From Octopus bimaculoides (taxonomy: Eukaryota): a stretch of DNA of 41,942 bases. Shown in pieces: positions 1 to 11,700 of the stretch (position 1 is the stretch's first letter; every line of letters begins with the position of its first letter). Where the stretch lies: NCBI RefSeq assembly GCF_001194135.2, contig NC_068981.1, forward strand, positions 14,156,536-14,198,477, in the 5' to 3' direction. The position numbers were made by a program, and so were the translations under genes. Under the pieces are notes generated by a model. That model had not been told where the DNA came from. It made no database searches and was given only the letters and a program-made list of their open reading frames with translations.

Positions 1-55
<55 letters not shown>
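1..55. repeat. (TG)n microsatellite
   Basis: Pure TG run at the window start. Confidence 0.99.
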
Positions 56-58
<3 letters not shown>

Positions 59-124
59 GAATATGGGTGACTAATTTGGAATTTTGCAACATAAAGTCAG
101 AAAAATAGAATTCACAAAAGTGAA

Positions 125-270
125 CAAGGTCCTTAACCAGCACCAGTGTTGCTAGAAATAAGAATCAATACAACTCATTAACAACAGAAGTATTATCTTA
201 ATGAGCTAACAAGCTATTGAGTTGTTTTGGCTCTTATTTCTAGCAACATTGGTGCTGATTAATGCCCTTG
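125..270. repeat. Foldback inverted repeat, MITE-like (58-bp arms, 30-bp spacer)
   Basis: 125-182 versus the reverse complement of 213-270 match at 49/58 positions without gaps (manual alignment). Confidence 0.85.
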
Positions 271-440
271 CTTATTTTAATGACGTATATATACTTCTGC
301 CTTTAGGTTGTAAAGCTGCGAATTGGCCACTCATATTATTTATAATTATCATTTTTACACTATATGAAATCGGCATATGATCTCAAGGGAAATGTTATAA
401 GCTGACAAGGCGAGATAAGTTTAACCCTAGGTGTAGTGAG

Positions 441-502
441 AGCCACTGATGATCATTAAGATGCGTTAAGCATCAAGATACGAAACCATTGGTAATTTGG
501 CT
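441..502 (+). ncRNA. Degenerate type I hammerhead-ribozyme-like motif
   Basis: AGCCA-CTGATGA(446-452)-hairpin GATGC/GCATC-C-GAAA(482-485)-near-palindromic stem III ACCATTGGT-GTA-att-TGGCT. AGCCA/TGGCT pair. There are 3 extra nt at two junctions. Confidence 0.5.
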
Positions 503-1455
503 GTATTTGTAACCGTAGGGGCCCTGTTTCCTTCATTAGCTCATTATATATATATACTTGGGAGAATGTCATTCTCTCACAACCAGCCACCTCAATATGA
601 ACACACCATTCCCATATCTGTCAAAATATTGCATGGATATTTATGCTGTGAAAACACTAATCATACTTTGCTATAATACTGCCTGGATTTACCTCCTATT
701 TTACCTAAGGACATATGGATTAACACCCATACCTTGGTAAAAATGAACTTACTCGCTACTCATCTATTTCAATGCTTGAATTTGTGAATTTTCCATCTCC
801 AGATCACTTATCTAATCATTTCTATGTCTAGATCCATCATATTTTCTCTGCCTCTGATGACCGAATATCCAATATTCAGGCATACTCGCCTATCACTTGG
901 AATATCCCATATGTGTGAATACATGTGTGTGTGTATGTGTGTAAAATAAAAGTTCTACTTATATGTATGTACGCAATATATATATATGCACACATACATA
1001 CATTTATGTATATGTATATATGCACACATACACGCAGGTGCGCGCGCACACATACAGACTTACAGAAGACATTCATTTTTGATATGAAGTGACTGAATTT
1101 TTGTATAAATGAATTTTTGCCTTATATTCGTTGATTATCTTACCTAAAGTATCTTTGCAGCCTCTTTTGACTATCACATATGGATTTAGGATATAGAATT
1201 TTATATATATATATACACAAGCATTGATATAAATATATTTACATACTCGCACATATATGTTTGTGAATAAATATGATGTATATTTGTGTTTGAAAATAAT
1301 TTTGCATTATTATAATTTTATATAGAATATCTTGTGTTAAAAAAATCGCTAGTTTATCTGCCAAATACTCACTTGGATGGTGATCAATATTTTCTGTATC
1401 TGAAGCTTCTCGCTGTTTGTGTACTTGCGCACTAGGTGCTGCGTCTATCCTTTGT

Positions 1456-1784
1456 CTTTTACTCACTTCTGTCATTGGGCTGCGGCCATGCTGGTGCACC
1501 GCCTTGAAGAATATTTAGTCGACCGTAGTAATTTTCTATCGATCTCTTTTACCACACAACTAAGAGGAACGTAAACAGACCAACTCTGGTTGGGACACAA
1601 ACACACACACACACACATATATGTGACGGGCTTCTTTCAGTTTCCGTGTACCAAATCCACTCACACGGTCTTTGTCGGCCCGGCTCTATAGCAAAAGACA
1701 CCTTCCCAAGGTGTCACGCAGTGGAACTTAACCCGAAACCACGTTTTTAAGAAGCAAGCTTATAACCACACAGTTACGCTTGCC
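1456..1784 (-). mobile_element. tRNA-headed SINE, family A (diverged copy)
   Basis: Shares GGCCATGCTGG(A/T)GCACC and CCACTCAC...GACAC...CCCAAGGTG...CGCAGTGG blocks with the copies at 8.1, 9.2, 13.6, 17.6, 21.9 and 35.6 kb. Confidence 0.9.
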
Positions 1785-2895
1785 CACGTTGACATAATCC
1801 ATCAAAGATTTACGTAGACGTGAGAGGAAATATTTATTTTCTAGCAACCTATTTTTGACACATGTTTCTTCATTGGATTATTTTGCAAATTCGATTTTCG
1901 TCATTGCCTGCTCCAGTTTGTTTTGCCTACATTTAAAATGATAGTATACAACACCAGTTAAATATATCGAAATTTGAAATCTATCTTGTGATGTATTTTT
2001 AAGAAAGAACTAAATACGTTTTAGGAAGTACTTAACAGAAGCAATACATATCGTCTTGAAACATGAAGCATTAGGCTCAATTACAAATTTTGTTTGACAA
2101 GCGACATCCTAGTGTTATGTGTGACTGCGCTGCGTTTCAGGATAAAGCAGATTGATGAATAAATGAACGGTTTAGGAATATCGAACTGGTAGAGATAAAG
2201 AGGTGAAAACGATTTAGTCTTTGAGACTTTACGAGGTTATTAATTTCAGTAAACAAATTGGCTTGTCCTGACACAAGATCTGCTCGAATCTTCACAAACA
2301 CTGACAGGGGCTATTACATAAACGAGAGAGCTGTCAGTAGAGTGATAAAAATCAAGGAGAGGATTGATTGAATAAAATAAAGATAAGGGAACCACTAGCA
2401 AAACGACATCAACGATAAAACTAAAACGCATAAAAAAAATAATAATAATACTGAAATGCTTAAGAAAAGATTGTCTTGGAAAGCTGTTGGAAATTCAATA
2501 AATTCTACTCCAGACTTTTTTTGCAATCGGAATATATCATGACACACGATACATATATACATACAGACATACACACTAACACACAATTGATGCTCTGCTT
2601 CCTATCTGTCACTTCCTTTCTCGCTATTCCAGCTCATGTGATGTGTATAAGTCTGTGTATATACGAAATTCAATTTGTATTATTGTATGTGATGTGATTG
2701 TACGAATGTGCTGCATACGTAAAACTGATTTATAAACTGTCACACAAACACACAAAAACATAGAGACTGAAGAAATATTAGATGTTGGAGTGAAGATTAA
2801 ATTAAGGTTTATAAATACACAAGAAAATACATAGAAACTTAAGCGTACAGGTGAATACACACATAAACCAATGATCTTTCTTTCTCTCTCTCTCC

Positions 2896-2929
<34 letters not shown>

Positions 2930-3050
2930 NNNNNNNNNNNNNNNNNNNNNNNNNNNNNNNNNNNNNNNNNNNNNNNNNNNNNNNNNNNNNNNNNNNNNNN
3001 NNNNNNNNNNNNNNNNNNNNNNNNNNNNNNNNNNNNNNNNNNNNNNNNNN
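2930..3050. other. Assembly gap
   Basis: N run after (TA)n. Confidence 1.
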
Positions 3051-3587
3051 TATAATCCTGTGATATATACATATGTATATTTATATAATTCTGCGATACT
3101 TAATATTTAGTTTTTCTCCCTCGCTCCTTACATATTCATGCGCATATGTTAATATATGTAAACAGGTGTATACATATATTTATGAATGTTATAATATGCT
3201 TCCATGTATGTAGGTATTTATAGTGATATTGACGAGCACGTGCTCGTAAAGTATCACTATTTTCTCGGTGTAACAGATTGTGTAGTACGAGAAATATTAA
3301 ATATCTGCAAAAATTCGTTCCGTTAAGAGCGAGATGCATAAAGCAAACTGTAAGAAAATTTATTTGAAACTATAAATTAAATGCAACGAGGTGAAATTTA
3401 TTGTTCTTGTATTACGAATGCATATCTACTCAAGAATAGGTAGGACCCCACAAATTTGGGTTACAGGAATTAAAACTACAATATTTTAATCATGCCTCAC
3501 TCTGTCACACGTTTTGTGCGCGCGTACCTACAGAGTGAAAAGCACTAACATATATATTTGTACGTGGAAACGTAGACATATACATAT

Positions 3588-3967
3588 ATATATGTGTGTG
3601 TGAGTGTGTGTGTGCGCGTGTGTGTGCGTGTGTGCGTGTGTGTGTGTGTGTGTGTATGTTTGCGTGTGTGTGCTTGTGTGTGTGTGTGCATATGTATATG
3701 AAATCGAAGATTCACTCAGCAAGGACTTAGACCTAAACGCGAGGTGATCAGTGATCAGTCAGTCAAGTTTACAATATTGCAGTGATTCATCTGGCTTCCA
3801 ATTTTATGAATCGATGGCAAGTAAATATAAATCACCATATATATATATATATATTGTGTATCTGTGTGTGTGCGTGTGTATGTATATATATATACACACA
3901 CACATATGGCTGGGATTTTGTGCGTGTGTCTATGTATGTGTATGAATGGATATGCGTATACAAACAC

Positions 3968-4001
<34 letters not shown>

Positions 4002-4052
4002 GTGTGTGTGTGTGTATAGATTTATAGATCTATATATATATATATATATATA
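3588..4052. repeat. Compound (TG)n/(CG)/(TA)n microsatellite clusters
   Basis: Direct inspection; interrupted by about 140 bp of unique sequence. Confidence 0.9.
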
Positions 4053-4660
4053 CGTTGAGATGTGCATATATGCGCCTGTCTCTTCACGTTTTTCTCCTTA
4101 TGCGTTTTACTTTCAACATATATCTGATACTGTTTGTATTGAATGCGTAATGCTTGACCTAAGCTAAGTTCGAGTAAAAAATTCATTAATCAGTTCTATT
4201 GCCAGTATTGATTGAAGAAATGGTTTTTATACAATTATCCTTTTGTACTATTATAAATGTTTCTAGGAGTATAGTTCTAATATATCACGGACGCATGAAG
4301 CTCTTGTTTTGTGATCATTATAAAACGCTCAAGAAAGTTCTTTAACTTTTTGATATTTTAGACACAAATCTCATTATTGAAGGGTTATTGATTTAAAATC
4401 ATTGTATTGCAGGAGCAAACATATCAATCTTACATTTAATAAGTTTTTGGGTGGCGTCAAATGTTGATTTAAATAATTAACATGATTTCACTGTAATATT
4501 GTAAAATATCTTTGTATTACTGTCTTCATAATAAAGAAAAGAGAAAAAAAGGCTTCTCACTAAGCATCGAGATTAAAAGAAGTGATTGGTGAGGTGAACA
4601 GAATGCTTCTTGGGGACATGTTTAATCTTGATTACTATAGATGGGGTTGCCCGAATAAAG

Positions 4661-4720
4661 TATATCTTGTAAGACCCGAAACATCCGGTGACGCCAAGAT
4701 ATAACACTGACGATGGGTCT
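4661..4720 (+). ncRNA. Hammerhead-like motif, permuted (type II-like) order with crossing inverted repeats
   Basis: AGACCC(4672-77)-GAAA ... CTGACGA(4707-13)-T-GGGTCT(4715-20), plus TATATCTTG(4661-69)/CAAGATATA(4695-4703). Stem I is not convincingly formed. Confidence 0.35.
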
Positions 4721-4862
4721 AAGCATTGCATCTTTATTACAAACAAGAGAAGATACTTTACTTTAACACCATGCGGTATAATTTGTTCGAATAGGGGAAG
4801 TTAAAAATATCTTAGTGGCAGAAACCTGGATTATGCAACTCCACTGCTAATAAAGGCGGCTT

Positions 4863-4878
4863 CACCACCAACACCACC

Positions 4879-4945
<67 letters not shown>
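4863..4945. repeat. (CAC)n grading into (TAC)n trinucleotide repeat
   Basis: Direct inspection. Confidence 0.97.
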
Positions 4946-5304
4946 TAGTAATCACTACAACAACATAGTGATATGATTTCGTGAAGTATTAGTACTAGTG
5001 AAAGGTTGATGCCAAAGCAAAAAATCTGCTGTAAAATTTTTGCATAAAATATTTAACATTTAACAAGAGTACTTGTCAAGATTTTCAATGGTTTAATGGA
5101 AGTGCACATAACACTATGTGGTTGTGTTTTGTTTATTCATGTGTAAAAATCCATCTTCATCAATGACTCAAAAAAAAAAAAACAAGTTTGAGCTTTATCC
5201 TGATTGGCTATGATGTACAAATATTTGACATTAATATAATCGGTAATGATAGGTGATCATTTGGAGGCAGGGGACCTTGATAATAACGTCCCAAAGATTT
5301 AAAG

Positions 5305-5381
5305 GTGAGTTGATAATAAAAAATGACAGAAGTCTTTTGATTTCTTCATCGCTGGATTCTGCATTTATTGATTTTGTGTAG
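5305..5381 (+). other. Candidate 77-nt spliceosomal intron
   Basis: AAG|GTGAGT donor at 5305 and T-rich tract ending TGTGTAG at 5381. The flanking peptides are not recognised. Confidence 0.25.
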
Positions 5382-6613
5382 GGTATGACAATAACCATTG
5401 GTTACACAAAGTATGCGATTAGTAAATGCAAGTCGATTGTAAAGATAGAAAAGAAAAATGGAATTGTGAAAACGAATATAGACCCACCAGAAGGCAAATG
5501 CTTGCCCCTTGACCCATGTTCATTCGGATTCAATTTTAATTAATTCTTTGAATAAATTCGAATATAGATGAACCAGTAATTAACTATTTCCTATAGACAA
5601 AAACATCATGCTGCACGTTATAGCTGATAAACAATCGGATTCGTTGGGATTTGGAGCAAAATTTGACGTTGACCGTTGCCATGAAATCTGTTTCAGAAAA
5701 ATGTCACTAGCTAACCATGTAAGAAATTAATGAAAGCCAACACGTCGATGTTTTATAAAGAAACATAGATAAGAGGCTTACTCTCAGAAGAAGCTTACAG
5801 CTACGTAGGAACGAATGAACTAGAATGAGCACAGAACACATCGATGAAAGAAAATTTAAATGAATACTATAAAGATAATAGATTAATAATTAAAATTCAG
5901 CTATATTCTAAATGTAAGATAATATGCTGTAATCCTCCAGCTGTTCTGGTAAGTTGTGTTTATTATATTTTGAACTGAAAGCTTAAGTGAATTAGCTGAT
6001 CTAAATATACAGATAAAATGCTGACGCAGTATATTGCTATAAAGATCGTTGTGAACATCTCCACAATGATATGCTGAGGAGTTACATATATATATCTACA
6101 TATATACATGTGTATGTGTGTATGAGTGTAATATTGCTAAAGCCATAAACTGTACGTTTCTTTACAGATATAAACTAAGTCGCTATGGTTTTTTAGTAGC
6201 TTTCTACCACTTGCTTTCCATTACAATTCCCAAATGCAATCCAGAGCTTCGATGTCTTCTAAAACTCAGTATCTGATAGACAAACTGAACCAGGGAGCTA
6301 TGCAAAAGCAAGCTCGAAGATTAATGAAATAGCGACTTATTTATTAAATTATATGACTATACCATTTGCTAATAACTTAATGTTTCTATCAAGTCATTTG
6401 CAACTTAATATAACTGAGTTGATACACATTTGCATAAATTAAGGTTTCCTCATGTTACCTTTAAGTTTATATATTGGCACGTTCAAGAGTCTTGACTGCT
6501 GAAATAGAATTCTTGCAAAAGAATTGTTAAATTTCATTATGTCTATGTTTCTAACACGTTATTAATTATTGGAGCTGACACAACGGTAAATATCGATGCA
6601 TCTACCAAATTAT

Positions 6614-6807
6614 TGGTTCCAAATTTTGGCACAGGGACAGAAATTTGATGGCAAGGGTATGTCGATTACATCGATCCACTGTTTAACTAGGACTTATTTT
6701 ATTCATCGTGAAAGGATGAAAAGCAAAGTCGACATCGGCAGAATTCAGAATGCAAAGACGGACAAAATTCCGCTAAGCATTTTGTCCGGCGTTCTAACCG
6801 TTATGCC
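6614..6807 (-). mobile_element. tRNA-headed SINE, family B (diverged copy)
   Basis: GTCGATTACATCGA, GCAAAGTCGAC and CGCTAAGCATTT blocks are shared with the copies at 11.3, 11.5, 22.5, 22.9 and 36.1 kb. Confidence 0.85.
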
Positions 6808-7187
6808 GTTAGAATAAATGAATATATCAGAACAAGATCACTAACAACAACAACAAGAATAGTAATTTATTTTATTTCCAAATAGGGTTCAAAATCTCAA
6901 TGACAATATCAAAGAACGAAGTACAGCATACAGAAATTTGATTTGATGTCTATCAACATGAGAACAGCAAAAAAAAAAAAAAAAATAGATATACATATTT
7001 AGAAACAAATAAAAGAAAAGACATTGAGCAAGGAGTCCCGAAGAGTATAGCAATCCATGTAGGGAAATTCGAAGGAGAACTCAACTCCGTATCGAAAGTG
7101 CCCTCTTCCAATTACACATAATAAGCCCAGTCAGACTTAACAGTCTTGTCACTCTCAACCCTTCAACAAAAACACAAAAAGCAGCAC

Positions 7188-7509
7188 CTCTCTCACTCTC
7201 TGTTCTCTCTCTCTCCCTCACTCTCTGTTCTCTCTCTCTCCCTCACTCTCTGTTCTCTCTCTCTCCCTCACTCTCTGTTCTCTCTCTCCCTCACTCTCTG
7301 TTATCTCTCTCTCTCCCTCACTCTCTGTTCTCTCTCTCCCTCACTCTCTGTTCTCTCTCTCCCTCACTCTCTGTTCTCTCTCCCTCACTCTCTGTTCTCT
7401 CTCTCTCCCTCACTCTCTGTTCTCTCTCCCTCACTCTCTGTTCTCTCTCCCTCACTCTCTGTTCTCTCCCTCTCCCTCACTCTCTGTTCTCTCTCCCTCA
7501 CTCTCTGTG
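7188..7509. repeat. Polypyrimidine minisatellite, unit CTCACTCTCTGTT(CT)nCC, about 13 copies
   Basis: Direct inspection; the unit length varies through its internal (CT)n. Confidence 0.95.
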
Positions 7510-7768
7510 TTTTCTCTATCCTCTTCAAATGTTACTTGAAGAAGTTGATGAGGGTTTGTCTAGATTAGAAAATGCATGTCTAAACATTTACAGATGAGTT
7601 CACCAAAGAATCTTTTTCGCCACAATCTCTTTCATCACAAGGGCAGATTTTTCTTTTATGTTTTAGATATATTTACAAACAAACTACGAAATAAAATGGT
7701 GTGAAAATATATTTTTGCTCAATGTTTTCTCTCTATTTCTCACGATAATACAGAAACACACACACACA

Positions 7769-7880
7769 TATCTGTGTATGTATGCATAAGTATACCTACC
7801 TGTATGGATACATGTGGAAGCGCGTATCTGTGTATGTAAGTATAAGTATAGATACCTGTATGTATGCATGTGGAGGCGCG
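7769..7880. repeat. 56-bp tandem duplication
   Basis: Units start TATCTGTGTATG at 7769 and 7825 and both end CATGTGGA(A/G)GCGCG. Confidence 0.85.
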
Positions 7881-7911
7881 TGGCTTAGTGGTTAGAGTGT
7901 TGGATTCATGA
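7872..7911 (+). mobile_element. SINE tRNA-like head fragment (A box only)
   Basis: GGAGGCGCGTGGCTTAGTGGTTAG resembles the heads of families C/D; truncated before a B box. Confidence 0.6.
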
Positions 7912-7929
7912 ACATAATTTATTTATTTA

Positions 7930-7976
7930 TTTATGTGTTTCAGCCAAGTGGCTGCGGTCATGCTGGTGCACCACCG
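7930..7976 (-). mobile_element. SINE family A 3' fragment
   Basis: TGTTTCAG...GCTGCGGTCATGCTGGTGCACCACC block. Confidence 0.7.
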
Positions 7977-8070
7977 TGAGATAATGTATATATATTATAT
8001 ACGTGTGTGTGTGTGTGTACGTATTCAGTAGAACCGTCTCACCAAATCACTATCCAAACAGAACTGGGGA

Positions 8071-8278
8071 TACTCCTTTCTGTGTTTCATCATTTGACTG
8101 CGGCCATGCTGGAGCACCACCTTTAGTCGAGCAAATCGACATTCAGGACTTATTCTTTGTGAGCCGAATTCTTATTCGATCGGTCACTTTTGCCGAGCCG
8201 CTAGCTAACGGGGTCGCAAACACACCACCATCGGTTGTCAAGTGATGTTGGGGTGGGGGGACAAATACAGACACGCAA

Positions 8279-8335
<57 letters not shown>

Positions 8336-8501
8336 CACACATACGACGAGATTCTTTCACTCTACAAAATCCACTCACAAGGCTTTGGTCAGCCCGATGC
8401 TATAGTAGAAGGCACTTGCCCAAGGTGCTACGCAGTGGGATTGAATCCAGAAACATGTGGTTGGTAAGCAAGCTACTTACCACAAAGTCACTCCTGCGCC
8501 T
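8071..8501 (-). mobile_element. SINE family A, near full length, internal (CA)/(TA) microsatellite
   Basis: All family blocks present; the head ends CTCCTGCGCCT. Confidence 0.95.
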
Positions 8502-9242
8502 ACAACTGTTTGATCCATTATATAACACGCATTATAATGTATTAATTGCTCAGGAATGTGTGATATTGTCACTCAAAGCATTATAACATAGATTTTCTCA
8601 GATTTAAAAAAAAAAACGATGGAATCGGTGAATACTTACTGATATTGCAGTCGATAATTATAGGGAAATTTCCTGCTAATAAATAGATAAAGGTAGTTTT
8701 CTTTTCAACAATATAACTCATACACTTATAAAAGCCAATTATTCCTGTATACAGAAACTTCATTAACAATATCCACCTGCCTATATTTTGTTTGATTTAC
8801 ACATATATATAACACGGAATATATGAAAATATCGAAAATGTTTGATGGTGAATCGATGAACGATATCAGGAGATTTTAATGTAGAAATTGGACCGGTGAA
8901 AGTATAAAGCATTTTCTCAAAGTTTGTTTGGCAAGCAATGAACTGTCGATGACTCGTCATATTTCGATATATTTGGAATACTTTGTAACATACATTCACT
9001 CAATCCATTGTTTCTTCACTCGGTTGTATAATTGGAGGCGTGAAACGAAAAGTAACAATTCATGAGTTTCCGTATCTGTGACAATATATAATAAACACTC
9101 TCTTTAGAATAGGTTTAGTATATATTAAACCACAAACACACACACGCTCATAAACACACATACACACATACAGGCACAAAACACACACACTCACACATAC
9201 ACACACACATATATATATGTATATGGAAATATATTCTTTTAT

Positions 9243-9617
9243 CTTTTTATTCTTTTACATGTTTCAGTCACTTGACAGTGGCCATGCTGGAGCACCAAAT
9301 TAAAGGGTTTTCTTCGAAGAAATCAACTCCAGGACTTATTCTTTGTTCACTTTTGCTGAACCATTAGCTTACAGGGATGTAAACAAACCAACATCTGTTG
9401 TGAAGCGATGGTGGGGGAGGGTACTAACGTACACACACAAACACACTCACAAATATATACATATATTTATATACATTCTGTCTACCAAATTCACTCACAA
9501 GGCTTTGGTCGGCCCGAGGCTAGAGTAGTAGACACTTGCCCAAGATGCCACGCAGTGAGACTGAACTCGGAAACATGTGGTTGGCAAGCTTCTTACCACA
9601 CAACCACACCTGAATCT
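9243..9617 (-). mobile_element. SINE family A, internally deleted
   Basis: Family blocks shared with the 8.1 and 13.6 kb copies. Confidence 0.92.
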
Positions 9618-9638
9618 CCGTGTTTCTCTTTATTTATT

Positions 9639-9671
<33 letters not shown>

Positions 9672-10580
9672 NNNNNNNNNNNNNNNNNNNNNNNNNNNNN
9701 NNNNNNNNNNNNNNNNNNNNNNNNNNNNNNNNNNNNNNNNNNNNNNNNNNNNNNNNNNNNNNNNNNNNNNNNNNNNNNNNNNNNNNNNNNNNNNNNNNNN
9801 NNNNNNNNNNNNNNNNNNNNNNNNNNNNNNNNNNNNNNNNNNNNNNNNNNNNNNNNNNNNNNNNNNNNNNNNNNNNNNNNNNNNNNNNNNNNNNNNNNNN
9901 NNNNNNNNNNNNNNNNNNNNNNNNNNNNNNNNNNNNNNNNNNNNNNNNNNNNNNNNNNNNNNNNNNNNNNNNNNNNNNNNNNNNNNNNNNNNNNNNNNNN
10001 NNNNNNNNNNNNNNNNNNNNNNNNNNNNNNNNNNNNNNNNNNNNNNNNNNNNNNNNNNNNNNNNNNNNNNNNNNNNNNNNNNNNNNNNNNNNNNNNNNNN
10101 NNNNNNNNNNNNNNNNNNNNNNNNNNNNNNNNNNNNNNNNNNNNNNNNNNNNNNNNNNNNNNNNNNNNNNNNNNNNNNNNNNNNNNNNNNNNNNNNNNNN
10201 NNNNNNNNNNNNNNNNNNNNNNNNNNNNNNNNNNNNNNNNNNNNNNNNNNNNNNNNNNNNNNNNNNNNNNNNNNNNNNNNNNNNNNNNNNNNNNNNNNNN
10301 NNNNNNNNNNNNNNNNNNNNNNNNNNNNNNNNNNNNNNNNNNNNNNNNNNNNNNNNNNNNNNNNNNNNNNNNNNNNNNNNNNNNNNNNNNNNNNNNNNNN
10401 NNNNNNNNNNNNNNNNNNNNNNNNNNNNNNNNNNNNNNNNNNNNNNNNNNNNNNNNNNNNNNNNNNNNNNNNNNNNNNNNNNNNNNNNNNNNNNNNNNNN
10501 NNNNNNNNNNNNNNNNNNNNNNNNNNNNNNNNNNNNNNNNNNNNNNNNNNNNNNNNNNNNNNNNNNNNNNNNNNNNNNNN
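9672..10580. other. Assembly gap
   Basis: N run flanked by (TA)n/(TACA)n. Confidence 1.
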
Positions 10581-10862
10581 ATATATACATACATACATAC
10601 ATACATACACACACACGCACTCTTAGTCACACAAAACGTTGCCTGTTTGCGAAGCGGATTGTTTCTAAAACCTAAAGTTTCCGTACAGTTGAAGTTAGTC
10701 AAGCGTAGTCTCTGTTGATTACGGTTGACTTAAAGGCAACACCACCGATTGAAGAGTTACGAGAAAATAACCCAGAATTATTTCAGACATAACATATATC
10801 TAATTCATGTGTATATTCAGCAATTTGTGTTTTTGGACGATAGCACAAGTGCTAGTCTACAC

Positions 10863-11173
10863 TCTTCTTCTTCTTCTTCTTCTTCTTCTTCTTCTTCTTC
10901 TTCTTCTTCTTCTTCTTCTTCTTCTTCTTCTTCTTCTTCTTCTTCTTCTTCTTCTTCTTCTTCTTCTTCTCCTCTTCCTTCTTTTTCTTCTTCTTGTCCT
11001 CCTCTTCCTTCTTCTCCTCCCCTTGCTCCTCCTCCTCCTTCTTCTCCTCCTCTTGCTCCTCCTCCCCCTCATTCTTTTTCTTCTTCTTCTTCTTCTTCTT
11101 CTTCTTCTTCTTCTTCTTCTTCTTCTTCTTCTCCTCCTCCTCTTATTTCTTCTCCTCCTCTTGCTCCTCCTCC

Positions 11174-11260
<87 letters not shown>
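10863..11260. repeat. Compound trinucleotide array (TTC)n-(CCT)n-(TTC)n-(TTA)n
   Basis: Direct inspection; this array generates the poly-S/L/R/N ORFs in the track. Confidence 0.98.
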
Positions 11261-11262
<2 letters not shown>

Positions 11263-11449
11263 GGCGGTGAGCTGGCATAATCGCTAGCACGCCGGGCGAA
11301 ATGTTTAGCAGTATTTCGTCTGCCGCTACGTTCTGAGTTCGAATTTCGCCATGGTCGACTTTGCCTTCTTATCCTTTCGGGGTCAATAAATTAACAGTGG
11401 AGTATTGGGGTCTATGCAATCGACTAGTCCACATTTAAGGTCTTGTGCT
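11261..11449 (+). mobile_element. SINE family B
   Basis: Head AAGGCGGTGAGCTGGCATAATCG, B-box-like GAGTTCGAATTT, followed by (ATT)n. Confidence 0.93.
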
Positions 11450-11497
11450 TCCCGAAAAATTATTATTATTATTATTATTATTATTATTGTTAATATT

Positions 11498-11700
11498 AAG
11501 GTGGCGAGCTAAAAGAATCGTTATGAAACCGGGAGGAATGCTTAGCGGCATATCATTCACCTTGACGTTGTAAGTTCAAATTCTGCCGAGGTTGTCTTTA
11601 CCTTTCATTTATTCGGGGTCGATAAATTAAGTACCAGTTGAGCATTGGGGGCGATATAATTGTCTCGCCCTCCTGCCAACATTTCGGGTCTTGTGATTTT
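11498..11700 (+). mobile_element. SINE family B, tandem to the previous copy
   Basis: Head AAGGTGGCGAGCT, B-box-like AAGTTCAAATTC, and the shared GGGGTCGATAAATTAAGTACCAG block. Confidence 0.9.

Noticed and set aside
854-881. CTGATGA followed by a GAATAT/ATATTC hairpin
   Set aside because: No GAAA or stem III follows.
9408-10718. Long ORFs (240-436 aa) here and at 16.6-17.7, 19.1-19.7 and 32.2-33.0 kb
   Set aside because: They are open only because they cross N gaps and microsatellites.
10749-11290. Poly-S/P/L/R/N/E ORFs
   Set aside because: Translations of trinucleotide arrays; no splice or domain support.
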